From Myxococcales bacterium (GTDB lineage: Bacteria > Myxococcota_A > UBA9042 > JABWCM01 > BTVJ01), in NCBI GenBank assembly GCA_045863395.1, contig BTVJ01000009.1, positions 102,155-166,154 of the forward strand: 64,000 nt of DNA. Direction: 5' to 3'. Every line of letters starts with the position of its first letter. Within the stretch, counting starts at the first letter, position 1. This document shows positions 48,899 through 58,579 of this stretch, piece by piece. A model generated the notes under the pieces. That model ran no database searches. It was not told where the DNA came from and saw only the letters and a program-made list of their open reading frames with translations. The position numbers and the translations under genes were made by a program.

Positions 48899-49921
48899 AT
48901 GGGAACGCAGGCAGCACGGGAGGGCGTGGTCGAGCGCATCGAGCAGCGCGACATGCGGGTCCACATCAACGTGGGGCCGCTCTGCAACAACAACTGCATC
49001 TTCTGCATGGAGGAGGACCGGGACATGCGCGCCGTGGTCAACGGCGCCCTGACCCCGGACAAGGTCCAGAGCCTGCTTGTCGCCAACCGCGGAGCCGAGG
49101 AGGTGTGCTTCACGTCCGGGGAGCCGACGTTGGTGGCAGAGCTGCCCCGCTATGCCAGGTGGGCGCGCCAGCTCGGGTATCCGCGCGTCAGCGTCATGAC
49201 CAACGGGCGGCGCCTGGCCCACATGCCGGTGCTGGAGCAGCTCCTGCGGGCGGGGATGAACTTCTTCTACGTGTCCATCCACGGCCACGAGGCGCGGCTT
49301 CACACGGGCTTGGTACGCGAGCCGGCGGCCTTCGACCAGACGGTCGCGGGAATCCGCAACATCGCGTCCGTGAAGAACCGCGGCGTGCAGCTCCACACGA
49401 GCACCGTGATCAACCGGCGCAACCTGCCCTATCTGGGTGAGATCTACGCGTTTCTCCGGGGTCTCGGGGTGGATCAGGTGGTGTTCAACGTCATGCAGGC
49501 CAACGGGCGGGCCAACACCTACTTCGATCAGCTCTTCCCCCGCTACACGGAGATCGCCGCCGCCTTCCGCACCTTCCTGGCGGCAGCCGACGAGCCGCAG
49601 CCCATGGCCTTCCTGGTGGACATCCCGCTCTGCACCACCGAGGGCATCCCCGACTTCAACCGGGGCTACGTGGAGTCCTACACCCACTTCGAGGTGGCGG
49701 GCTTCGAGGACGTCTCGCCGGAGCGCCTCGCGGTGACGCGCAGGGCCCGCCTCACGGAGGACGAGCGCTTCCTCGCCGTGACCCGGGAGGACCTGGACGC
49801 CGTCGAGCGCGACAAGCGCCCCGAGTGCGCGACCTGCCGCTACGACCGCGCCTGCGAGGGCGTCTGGCGCAACTACCTGAGGCGCAACGGCTGGGACGAG
49901 CTGGTGCCCGTTCAGGGCTGA
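48899..49921 (+). CDS. Radical SAM protein (HxsC-like, C-terminal CxxCxxxxxCxG)
   Basis: CNNNCIFC, TSGEPT, TNGR, DIPLC, CATCRYDRACEG. Confidence 0.88.
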   Translation: MGTQAAREGVVERIEQRDMRVHINVGPLCNNNCIFCMEEDRDMRAVVNGALTPDKVQSLLVANRGAEEVCFTSGEPTLVAELPRYARWARQLGYPRVSVMTNGRRLAHMPVLEQLLRAGMNFFYVSIHGHEARLHTGLVREPAAFDQTVAGIRNIASVKNRGVQLHTSTVINRRNLPYLGEIYAFLRGLGVDQVVFNVMQANGRANTYFDQLFPRYTEIAAAFRTFLAAADEPQPMAFLVDIPLCTTEGIPDFNRGYVESYTHFEVAGFEDVSPERLAVTRRARLTEDERFLAVTREDLDAVERDKRPECATCRYDRACEGVWRNYLRRNGWDELVPVQG

Positions 49922-49952
49922 GGGGCCGGGCTGCGCTGGGGACTCGGAGCGG

Positions 49953-51584
49953 TCAGAGCGGCCGGAGCGGCCCATACCCGTGTGCCCTCACCCAGTTGAT
50001 GTGGACCCCCGCGCAGGCGCCGTCGATGCGGCAGCCGGCGCAGCGGCGGCTCTTCGTGTGGAAGCCGTCGCGGATGAAGCGGTCGGTGAACCCCAGGGGG
50101 TCGAGGCGCCCGTCGGGCGTCAACGTGTGCAGGTCGAGGACGCGGGGCGACGGGCGCGGGGCGCGGCCTGAGAGGCACTGCGGGACCCCCTCGACGGGGA
50201 CGGGGTGGGGGAAGGCCGCGAAGAAGGCGGGCAGGTCTGCGTCGTGGGAGCGGGCTTCGGAGGCGCGCTCCCAGGTGCGGAGCGCCAGAGAGAGCCGCGG
50301 CGTGACGGAGCCCCAGCCTTGGGCGACCAGCCAAGCGGCCACGGGGCGCACCAGCCACGCCGTCACCTCGAAGTCGGCGTCGAGGGCCAGGAGCGCGGCA
50401 AGATCCTCGGGGGTTCCCGCAAAGGCGCGGGTGAGTCGCTTGGGGCCGAGCGGGGCGGGATCGAAGCCCTCCCACGAGTCCAGATCGAGCCACAGCTCCT
50501 CCCCGGGGAGAGACGCGGCGAGCGCGACGGCGTCGGCAGGGGTGGCCGCGCGGATCCAGGCCGCATGGACGGCACCGAGCAGCGGGGCCGCGGCGGGCAG
50601 GTGGGGCTCCTCGCGGGCGTCGGCGCGGACCATGGCGTAGTCCGGCGCGTCCGTCCGGGCGATGGCGTCCCCCACCCCGTCGCACAGGGGCTGGAGGTAG
50701 CACTTTTCGCAGCGGTCGGGCTTGCGGCAGAGCAGCGGCCAGCGGCGCCGGATCCACCACTCGTACTCGTCCAGGCGCCCCCGCACCTCGTCCAGCAGCT
50801 TGTGGGGGTCCTGGATCAGGTGCTCCCAGCCCTCGAGGAAGGGTGGCGGGAAGCGGTTGAACCAGATGTGGAGATCCGGCCGCAGGCTCAGCTCCAGGGC
50901 GTAGCGCAGCGGCTCCCAGGCCTCGTCGATGTCGTAGAAGAGCGTGTCCTTGCCCCAGCGGTAGGCGTCGCCGAAGGGGATGATGTGCAGCAGGTCGATC
51001 TCGCGCACCCCGAGGGCGACGAGCCCGTCGAGCAGCTCCCGCAGGTGCGGCACGTTGGCCCGGTTGAGGCACACGTCCACGTTGACCACCACCCGCCCGT
51101 CCGCCAGCGCGTTGCGGATGCCCGCGATGATCTGCACGTAGGCGCCCGGCACGCCGACCAGCGCGTCGTGCACCTTGGCGTTGTGCCCATGCACTGAGAA
51201 GGTGATCTCCTGGAGGCCCGCGTTGACGGCGCGCCGCAGGAACTCTGGGTACGCGAACATACGCCCGTTGGTCACGGTCTGGACGCGGCGGTAGCCGAGC
51301 CGGTGGCCCAGCGCGACGAAGTCCACGAACTCGGGGTGGATGGTGGGCTCGCCCCCGGACAGGATCAGCCGGGTGGCGCCGCCTTCACGACCTTGCGCGA
51401 TGAGCGCCCGCACCCCCTGCGGGTCGACGTAGGTGCCATCGTGGACCGCGGAGTCCAGGCAGAACACGCACTTGTTGTTGCACAGGTTGGTCAGCCGCAC
51501 CCACTGGCGCCGCTCGTGGGCCGCCTCCTCGTGGGTCGCCGCCTTGCCGAGCGCGGCCTGGAGATCATCGAAGCCCGTGGTCAC
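49953..51584 (-). CDS. Radical SAM protein with two auxiliary Cys clusters
   Basis: CNNKCVFC, SGGEPT, TNGR; CEKCYLQPLCDG and CAGCRIDGACAG; start moved to GTG 51584 (GGAGG RBS). Confidence 0.88.
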   Translation of the reverse strand: MTTGFDDLQAALGKAATHEEAAHERRQWVRLTNLCNNKCVFCLDSAVHDGTYVDPQGVRALIAQGREGGATRLILSGGEPTIHPEFVDFVALGHRLGYRRVQTVTNGRMFAYPEFLRRAVNAGLQEITFSVHGHNAKVHDALVGVPGAYVQIIAGIRNALADGRVVVNVDVCLNRANVPHLRELLDGLVALGVREIDLLHIIPFGDAYRWGKDTLFYDIDEAWEPLRYALELSLRPDLHIWFNRFPPPFLEGWEHLIQDPHKLLDEVRGRLDEYEWWIRRRWPLLCRKPDRCEKCYLQPLCDGVGDAIARTDAPDYAMVRADAREEPHLPAAAPLLGAVHAAWIRAATPADAVALAASLPGEELWLDLDSWEGFDPAPLGPKRLTRAFAGTPEDLAALLALDADFEVTAWLVRPVAAWLVAQGWGSVTPRLSLALRTWERASEARSHDADLPAFFAAFPHPVPVEGVPQCLSGRAPRPSPRVLDLHTLTPDGRLDPLGFTDRFIRDGFHTKSRRCAGCRIDGACAGVHINWVRAHGYGPLRPL

Positions 51585-51607
51585 CTGCTGCCTCCGGCGG
51601 TAGCGGA

Positions 51608-51679
51608 GGGGGGTCAAGTATACTCATATCTCATATTCTGGCCTGCCAGAATATGAGATATGAGTATACTTGACCCCCC
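51608..51679. repeat. Perfect 72-bp AT-rich inverted repeat (REP/MITE-like)
   Basis: GGGGGGTCAAGTATACTCATATCTCATATTCTGGC-CT-exact reverse complement; 35-bp arms. Confidence 0.92.
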
Positions 51680-51681
51680 AC

Positions 51682-53421
51682 CTACCGCAGCATCAACGCC
51701 TTGAACTCGTGGGGCGCCAGCCCCATGCAGCGCTCGTCCACCGGGTGGTAGCGCAGCCCCGAGACGTGGTCCAGGTTCAGGCGGTCACCGGCGAGGCGCG
51801 CCAGGGCCTCGCGGGTCCAGGCCCGCTTGTCGAGGGTGAGGCCCACGCTGGCGAAGAGCGCGCGCAGCGACGCGAACCACGTCCTCGTGCTGGCCAGGGT
51901 GATCGCCTCGCGGTCGAGGCCGATGAGGTCCTGGACGTACTCCACCTTGGCCTCGAAGCCGATGCGATCCGCCACGTGGAGCATGTGCCCGAAGTGGATG
52001 CTGAACTCCAGGTGGTCCAGGTGGTTCGAGGCTACCGGATACCGCACCAGATCGCCGTACTCGGTGATGAACGCCGCCCCTCCGGGGCGCAGCACCCGCC
52101 GCACGTGGCTCAGGAAGCGCAGCGCGCCCACGTTGAGGAAGAACTCGCTCGGCGCGTCGTCGAGCGGCAGATCCCAGCGGCGGATCAGGTCGCCCGCGTC
52201 GCCCAGGCGCTCCAGCAGGGCGTCGTCCCAGCGCGTCCAGGGGGCGTCCGGGGGGTTCGCGTCGTCCACCTCGATGCCCAACAGCTCGCGGGTCAGCTTC
52301 ACCGTCGTGAAGTCGCCGATGACCTCGTTGCACAACACCAGGTCCACGGAGGCGGGCCGCAAGGGCAGCGTCTCCGCGTTGCCGTGGACCCAGTGGACCC
52401 GGTCCGCCAGGCCGTCGCGGGCGAGGCGCTCCGCCTGAGCCTCCCGCAGCGCCGGTGACAGATCGAGGATCGTATAGGCCAGGCCGTCGAAGACATCCGG
52501 GCGCAAGCGGCGCAGCGTCCCGAGCACGCCGGCCGCCAGGTCACCGACGCCGGCGCCCACCTCCAGGACCTTGCGCGTGCCGGGGCCAATCATGTCCCGC
52601 TCCAGCAGCGCCTCTGTGACCCGCTCGGCGTAGGTGCCACCGTGGAGCAGCGGCGACGGCTCGCGGAGCAGGTGGCTCAGCGTCGTCTCCACGTCCTCGA
52701 ACTGGGAGACCGGGTCCTCGACGTCCGCCGCGTAGTACCCGTGGGGCGGGGCGATGGGCACGGCCAGCTCGGCGAACGGGTCGTGGGGCGCGGGACCGCG
52801 CGGGTCCCAGGGGGCGAACGGCATGCTCGATCGCAGGTAGCTCGGCCACTGGTGCTCGGGCCCGAAGCGCGACAGCGGGGCCTTGGAGAGGCGCAGGTAC
52901 TGCCGCTCGTGGTGGACCCAGCAGGCGACGGTGCGCTCGACGTCCTCCCGCGCAGGCGCCGGATCCAGCCGGCTGACCAGCTCCTCCAGCGTCGTCTCCC
53001 CGTCCATGCTCGCCCACAGCCGCGCCGCCCAGGCGGGCACCGACTCGGAGCTGGAGCGCCCCGCGCGGTCCGTTCGCCAGAACGTGAGGTGGTCCGCCGA
53101 AGGCTGGTGCGCGACCACCCACCGGGCCTTGACCGGGACCATGGACCAGAGCTGGTCCTCCTCGCGCGCCCCCGGGGCGACGAGGCACGAGAAGAGCTGG
53201 AGCACGGGCAGGAACTCGTCGAGCTGGCCCGCCTCGAAGCGGCCGGCGAAGGCGGCGTCCGCGTCGGCGCGGGAGCGGGGCGTGCCGCGGTGGTGCTCGA
53301 TGAGCTCGGCGACGTCCGGGCTCATGGCCAGCAGGTACCCGAACAGGTCGTGGTAGGCGTGCACCTGCCCGTGCTGCTGGAACCAGCTCACATGGGGGGA
53401 CGCGATCAGGCGGTCGGTCAC
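51682..53421 (-). CDS. Class I SAM-dependent methyltransferase with N-terminal PqqD/RRE-like region
   Basis: VLEVGAGVG, ILDLS, CNEVIGDF, LRPGG; N-region contains ARLWASMDGETTLEELVSRL. Confidence 0.8.
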   Translation of the reverse strand: MTDRLIASPHVSWFQQHGQVHAYHDLFGYLLAMSPDVAELIEHHRGTPRSRADADAAFAGRFEAGQLDEFLPVLQLFSCLVAPGAREEDQLWSMVPVKARWVVAHQPSADHLTFWRTDRAGRSSSESVPAWAARLWASMDGETTLEELVSRLDPAPAREDVERTVACWVHHERQYLRLSKAPLSRFGPEHQWPSYLRSSMPFAPWDPRGPAPHDPFAELAVPIAPPHGYYAADVEDPVSQFEDVETTLSHLLREPSPLLHGGTYAERVTEALLERDMIGPGTRKVLEVGAGVGDLAAGVLGTLRRLRPDVFDGLAYTILDLSPALREAQAERLARDGLADRVHWVHGNAETLPLRPASVDLVLCNEVIGDFTTVKLTRELLGIEVDDANPPDAPWTRWDDALLERLGDAGDLIRRWDLPLDDAPSEFFLNVGALRFLSHVRRVLRPGGAAFITEYGDLVRYPVASNHLDHLEFSIHFGHMLHVADRIGFEAKVEYVQDLIGLDREAITLASTRTWFASLRALFASVGLTLDKRAWTREALARLAGDRLNLDHVSGLRYHPVDERCMGLAPHEFKALMLR

Positions 53422-53514
53422 GGGGCACCTCGTCGCAGGGATGGATCACCATAGCAGAAGGGCCGTTGCGCGGCGAGGCGCCGCAGGGCACCATGGCCCC
53501 CTCGGAGGACCACC

Positions 53515-54276
53515 ATGCGAATCGTGACGTGGAACGTGAACTCGGTGCGGGTCAGGGAGGAGCGCCTGCTCCGGTGGCTCGCCGCCCACCAGCCCGACGC
53601 CCTGTGCCTGCAGGAGCTGAAGGTGCCGACCGACGGCTTCTGCCGCGGCGCGGTCGAGGCCGCCGGCTACCGGGCCGCCGTGCTCGGGCAGAAGACGTAC
53701 AACGGGGTCGCCATCCTGGCGCGGAGCGAGCCCGAGGCGGTCACGGTTGGGATGGACGGCTTCGAGGACCCGCAGGCGCGGCTCATCGCGGCGACCGTGG
53801 ATGGCGTGCGGGTGATCTCCGCCTACTTCCCGAACGGCTCGTCGCCCGACAGCGACAAGTACGTCTACAAGAAGGAGTGGCTGGAGCGGCTCTTCCGGGT
53901 GCTCGAGCGCCACAGCCCCGACGAGCCGCTCGCCCTCTGCGGGGACTTCAACATCGCCCCGACGGCCGCGGACGTCCGGGACCACGACGCCTGGTGGGGG
54001 TCCACCCTCTACAATGACGAGATGACGGCGGCCTTCCAGCGGCTGCTGGACTGGGGCCTGGTCGACGCGTTCCGGCTCGTACACCCGGAGGCGGGGCTCT
54101 ACTCGTGGTGGGACTACCGGCAGCTCGGCTTCCAGCGGAACGACGGCCTGCGCATCGATCACGTGCTGGTCACGCGCCCCCTCGCGGAGCGGGTCACCGG
54201 CGCCTGGATCGACCGGGACGAGCGCAAGGGCGACAAGCCCAGCGACCACGCCCCGGTGGTCGTGGACCTTCGGTAG
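53515..54276 (+). CDS. xth: Exodeoxyribonuclease III
   Basis: TWNVNS, LQELK, YNGVAIL, CGDFN, YSWWDYR, GLRIDH, PSDHAP. Confidence 0.95.
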   Translation: MRIVTWNVNSVRVREERLLRWLAAHQPDALCLQELKVPTDGFCRGAVEAAGYRAAVLGQKTYNGVAILARSEPEAVTVGMDGFEDPQARLIAATVDGVRVISAYFPNGSSPDSDKYVYKKEWLERLFRVLERHSPDEPLALCGDFNIAPTAADVRDHDAWWGSTLYNDEMTAAFQRLLDWGLVDAFRLVHPEAGLYSWWDYRQLGFQRNDGLRIDHVLVTRPLAERVTGAWIDRDERKGDKPSDHAPVVVDLR

Positions 54277-54279
54277 GGT

Positions 54280-57200
54280 CTACCCCTCCTTCGGGACGAC
54301 GGTGACCTTGGCGCCGGGGGTCCACGCCTTGTGCTCGTCGCCGTAGTAGAGGTAGGCGCGGCTGGCGGGGCCGGTGAAGGTGCCCGGGATCGCCGCCACC
54401 AGGCTGATGGGCAGGCGGACCGACTTGCCGGCGCCGAGATCCCGCCAGTACAGGACCACGTCGCGACCACGGACCTCATAGGCGGCGATGGTGCCCGCCT
54501 TGACGAGCTCCTTGAGCTGGTCGTGACGCGGCTCCAGGCCCCCCGGCACGCCGACGATGGCGATGGGCGTCGGGACCGCCTCGCTGCTCGTGTTGCGCAC
54601 CGTCACGTCCACCTCCGTGACCGCTCCTTCACGGACCTCGCCGTCATTGAGCTTCGTCTCCAGCGCGACCACGCACTCCTTGGACGAGGCCGGCGAGGCG
54701 TCTGACCAGGTGACCGCGCCGGTGAGCGGCATGGGGGAGCCGCCCTCCATCTCCACCGTGATGGTGTGGGCGCCGGGGGTGAGCGTCGCCGAGAAGTCGG
54801 GCAGCTCCAGGGCGCCCTTGGTCGTCGCGTCGAACGGGGCCGCGCCGATCAGCTTCCCGTCGACCAGCAGGCGCACGGTGCCCGGCGCTCTCGGGGCGGC
54901 GCGGGCCGCGTCGTAGGCTACGATGGCCTGGAGCGCGAGCACCGTCGACTGGGTGCTGCCGTAGCGCCCGCCCTTGCACACATCGGCGAGCCACGCGACG
55001 GCGCGCTCGACCTGGGCCTCGTGCGCGGGGCTCCGCAGCCACGCCAGCACCGCGAGCGCCGTCGTCTCGATGCGCAGCGCCTCGCCGCGGCTCCCCACGA
55101 TGCTGTTCACCCCGCCGTCCACGCCGCCGTCCGCCCCTTGCGCCTTGGCCAGCTTGTCGAGGAAGAGCTTCGCGGCGTCCGCCCGCCCGCCGAGCTGCAT
55201 GGCGTTGGCGGTCAGCGCGATGACGTAGCTGTCCTCGCTCCCGTGGGCGACATCCTCGACGGAGAGCAGCTCGTCTTCGAGGCCCTTGGGCCCGGCCGTC
55301 GAGACCAGCGCCCAGGTGATGTAGGCGTTGGACGCGGCGCGGTCCTCGACCCACGTGTGGAGCGCCCGGCGCTCGCGCTTGAAGCCGCCCTTGCCGTCGC
55401 GCTGCCCGAGGAGCCACTGGCGGGTCCGCCCGAGCATGTCCGCGTCCACCGCGCGCACCTTGGACATGGCCGTGAACTCCAGGAGCCCGTAGGCGGTCAG
55501 CGCCTCGTGCGCCGGGTCCTGCCCGAACCACTCGTAGCCCTGCTGCTTGCACTCGAAGCTGCGGAGCCGGTCGTGGCCCTTGTCGAGGAGCGCGGCGGAC
55601 CGCTCGATGATCGCCGCGTCCACGCCCTCGTGGGTCGTGAAGTACTGCTGTGCCATGACCAGCGGGTAGGTGGTGGAGCTGGTCTGCTCGAAGCAGCCGT
55701 AGGGCTCCTGGATCAGCCGCTCGAAGGCGCTGGTCAGGCTGGCGACCGGGCTCGGCTGGACGGAGAGCTTCGTGACGAGGCTCCCCGGGACCAGGCCCGG
55801 CGTGATGGTCACGGTGCGGGTCACGGACTTGCCGGGCGCCAGGAGCCCACCGAAGCCCACCTCCTGCGGGAAGCCGTTGGGCTCGACGACCAGCTCGCGG
55901 GTGGAGGTGTCGGTGTGGGCGCCAGCGGTTGCTGCCACCACCACCGCCATCTTGCCGGCCGGCCGCGTGATCTCCATGTCGACCAGGCGCCGCGCCCCGG
56001 AGCGCGGGTCGAGCGTGATGGCGGCCGTCTGGCTCACGGTGGCGCCGTCCGCGGTCACGGTGACGGCCGCTCCTTCGAGTGGGGCGTCCGTCCCGTTGGT
56101 CAGCGCGACCGGGAGCCGCACCAGGTCTCCCTGGGTCGCGAACAGCGGCAGCTTGGGCTCGGCGTGGAAGGGCTCCACCGACTCGATGAGGGCCGTGCCT
56201 GCCCCGAGGGCGCCGCCGGCAGAGAAGGCATCGGCGAGGACGCGGAAGCCCGTCACGCTGTCCGACGTGTCGAAGCGCACCTTCGCGACGCCCGCCTCGT
56301 CGGTCTTGATGGCCGCGGCCCAGTAGAGGGTCTCGGCGAAGTCCGTGCGCTCCCCGGGCTGACGCCCGGAGCGGGCGACGTGGGCATACTCGCGGACGAC
56401 GGCCCACTGGGCGTTGGGCTGGTCGATTCCGATGGCGTCGTCCATGTCGAGGAGCCCGCCGGCGCGACCCGCTGCGTGGACCTTGGCGGCCTGCGAGGCC
56501 GGCGCGTCGGCCGCGGGCTTCGCGATGCGAGCCACGATGACGGCGGGGCGCGGACCGGCAGCCGGCTTGGGCGCGACCGGCTTCGCTGGCACGTCACGGC
56601 GCGGCGGGTCCATGGGCTTCTTGCGCTTCTTGTCCGCGTCCATCTCCGCGACCTTGGGCCGCCCGTCCCGAGGCGCCGCGAATCCGTTGCGCCCCGTCGT
56701 GCTGCGGGTCTCCACGAGCCGCTGCGCGATGGCCGGGTCCACGAACGCCACGACGCGGCGCTCGGCGTCGCCCTTGGCCGCGAAGGCCACCGGGTCCACG
56801 AAGGCGAACCGCCGCCACCCCTGGGTCCCGAGCAGGCGGTCCAGCGCGACGGGCGCACGCGGGTCCGCCGGGTCGAGGTAGACGTGGGCGTCGGCGAGCT
56901 CGCGCACCTCCGGCTCCAGCAGGGCCATGACCGGCAGTCGGGGCGCCTGATCGCGCTTGTCGATGAGCTCCAGGACGCTGTCGTCGGTCACGGTGAGGCC
57001 GATGACCGCCGCCACGGGCTTGTCTCCCTCGCGGGTGGTCACCGTCAGCTCGACGGGCTGACCGGGCGATGTGCGCTGCGTGTCCGCGACGATGGAGACG
57101 CTGAGCTCGCGGCTCGGGCGCCGAAACACGAGGCGCTCGGCGAGGGGGGCGCCGTTCCCGTCCCAGACGGTGGCGATGAGGACCCCGTCGGCGTCCCGCA

Positions 57201-58371
57201 CGGGGACCGACACGGGGCGCACCTCACCGGCCCCGACCGTGACCGTCGCCCGCCCCACCTCCACCTCGCGCTTCGCCAGGGTCACCATCAGCTCCTCGCG
57301 GCGCGTCGACCCCACGGTGAGGCGCACGACCCCGCCCTTCGTGACGTCCTCGTCGGTGGCGATGGTGGCGCCGTCGCTCTTCGCTTGCGGCAGCTCCCAG
57401 GTGCGGGTGATGCCGCTCGGCCGCGTCACCTGGAGCGTGTAGGCCTCTCCCGGCGCCGGGGTCAGCGAGAAGCGGCCGCGGCCGTCGTGGTCGGAGGCGA
57501 AGCGCGACACCTCGCGCCCGGTGGAGTCCACCACCAGCCCCTCCATGTCCGCGGGCTTGCCGCTCGGCAGCCGCCCCTCGAAGTACACTCTGCACGGGAG
57601 CCCCACCACCAGGTCGCCGCCCTCCGGCGCCAGCATCAGGTCCACGGTCTGCGTCAGGATGGGGAGCGTCTTGGTCGCCGTCTCCACCACCCCACCGTCG
57701 CGCACCGTCATGGCGAGGGTGCCCTCCCCGCGCTCGATGGCCTTCGGGAGCCGGAACGTGGTCGTCGCGACGCCCCCACCGTCGATGGTGGCGCTCCCCC
57801 GGTACACCTCGGCGCCATCCACGCGGGCCGAGACGTCCACCGCCGCCCCCACCGGGGCTCCGCCTTCGGGGCGCTCGGCGCTCAGGGTGGCCCGCACCTC
57901 GTCGCCGGGACCGTAGCCGTCCTTCAGGAACACGATCTGCGTCTTGAGCCGGGGCGCCCGGTAGGCGCGCACGTCGAAGGTGCGCTCCGCCGGTGACCAG
58001 CCGTTGGCCGGCCAGGTGACCCGGATGGTATAGGTGCCGCCCGCTTGACCCTCCGGGACCGGCCACCCCAGGCCCGCGACCGAGTCCTGGGCGCTCGCCA
58101 TCAGCGTCGCCACGGTCTCCCCCTTGGGGCCGCGCACCTCGATGACCGGGTTTGCCCAGGTGCCGTCGGGCAGCGGCGTGCGGCGGCTCGCCTCGAGGAC
58201 CGTGGCCCGGATGTAGACGGTCTCCCCCTCCCGGTAGATGGGCTTGTCCGTGCTGATGTGGGTGAGCCAGCGGTCGGCGCCGCCGATGGCGTCCTGCGTG
58301 GGCTTCCCGGACTGGGCGAGGGCGACGCCCCCCACGACGAGCGCGGCGAGCAGGACTCTGCGAGCGATCAT
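54280..58371 (-). CDS. Alpha-2-macroglobulin family thioester protein
   Basis: TDKPIYREGE (MG2), RTDFAETLYW, PYGCFEQT thioester motif, GPASRAYLYY; start MIARR with AGGAGG RBS. Confidence 0.88.
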   Translation of the reverse strand: MIARRVLLAALVVGGVALAQSGKPTQDAIGGADRWLTHISTDKPIYREGETVYIRATVLEASRRTPLPDGTWANPVIEVRGPKGETVATLMASAQDSVAGLGWPVPEGQAGGTYTIRVTWPANGWSPAERTFDVRAYRAPRLKTQIVFLKDGYGPGDEVRATLSAERPEGGAPVGAAVDVSARVDGAEVYRGSATIDGGGVATTTFRLPKAIERGEGTLAMTVRDGGVVETATKTLPILTQTVDLMLAPEGGDLVVGLPCRVYFEGRLPSGKPADMEGLVVDSTGREVSRFASDHDGRGRFSLTPAPGEAYTLQVTRPSGITRTWELPQAKSDGATIATDEDVTKGGVVRLTVGSTRREELMVTLAKREVEVGRATVTVGAGEVRPVSVPVRDADGVLIATVWDGNGAPLAERLVFRRPSRELSVSIVADTQRTSPGQPVELTVTTREGDKPVAAVIGLTVTDDSVLELIDKRDQAPRLPVMALLEPEVRELADAHVYLDPADPRAPVALDRLLGTQGWRRFAFVDPVAFAAKGDAERRVVAFVDPAIAQRLVETRSTTGRNGFAAPRDGRPKVAEMDADKKRKKPMDPPRRDVPAKPVAPKPAAGPRPAVIVARIAKPAADAPASQAAKVHAAGRAGGLLDMDDAIGIDQPNAQWAVVREYAHVARSGRQPGERTDFAETLYWAAAIKTDEAGVAKVRFDTSDSVTGFRVLADAFSAGGALGAGTALIESVEPFHAEPKLPLFATQGDLVRLPVALTNGTDAPLEGAAVTVTADGATVSQTAAITLDPRSGARRLVDMEITRPAGKMAVVVAATAGAHTDTSTRELVVEPNGFPQEVGFGGLLAPGKSVTRTVTITPGLVPGSLVTKLSVQPSPVASLTSAFERLIQEPYGCFEQTSSTTYPLVMAQQYFTTHEGVDAAIIERSAALLDKGHDRLRSFECKQQGYEWFGQDPAHEALTAYGLLEFTAMSKVRAVDADMLGRTRQWLLGQRDGKGGFKRERRALHTWVEDRAASNAYITWALVSTAGPKGLEDELLSVEDVAHGSEDSYVIALTANAMQLGGRADAAKLFLDKLAKAQGADGGVDGGVNSIVGSRGEALRIETTALAVLAWLRSPAHEAQVERAVAWLADVCKGGRYGSTQSTVLALQAIVAYDAARAAPRAPGTVRLLVDGKLIGAAPFDATTKGALELPDFSATLTPGAHTITVEMEGGSPMPLTGAVTWSDASPASSKECVVALETKLNDGEVREGAVTEVDVTVRNTSSEAVPTPIAIVGVPGGLEPRHDQLKELVKAGTIAAYEVRGRDVVLYWRDLGAGKSVRLPISLVAAIPGTFTGPASRAYLYYGDEHKAWTPGAKVTVVPKEG

Positions 58372-58470
58372 GGACTCCTCCTTGGCGGTGGCCCCCGCGA
58401 CGTGGGGCGAGCAACGACGGCCCATCAACGCACATCCGGTGCCCCCGGGTCTACCCCGCACGGGCGGCGC

Positions 58471-58519
58471 CGATTGTGCTGTTTTCACGCACAATCGCGT
58501 CCATGAATGAGCGATTGTG
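58471..58519. promoter_or_regulatory. Triple CGATTGTG motif (putative operator) in the divergent spacer
   Basis: CGATTGTGC(58471)-N9-GCACAATCG(58489) and GCGATTGTG(58511). Confidence 0.55.
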
Positions 58520-58579
58520 TTGCTTCCGCGTTCAACGCATCCTTCAGGACAGCTCCCACCACACACACGGAGGTCCCTC

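Noticed and set aside
51585..51617. TTG start at 51617 for the radical SAM gene
   Set aside because: It lies inside the palindrome; GTG at 51584 has a well-spaced GGAGG RBS.
51608..51679. Ordinary rho-independent terminator
   Set aside because: The 35-bp AT-rich stem has no U-tract and lies between co-oriented genes.
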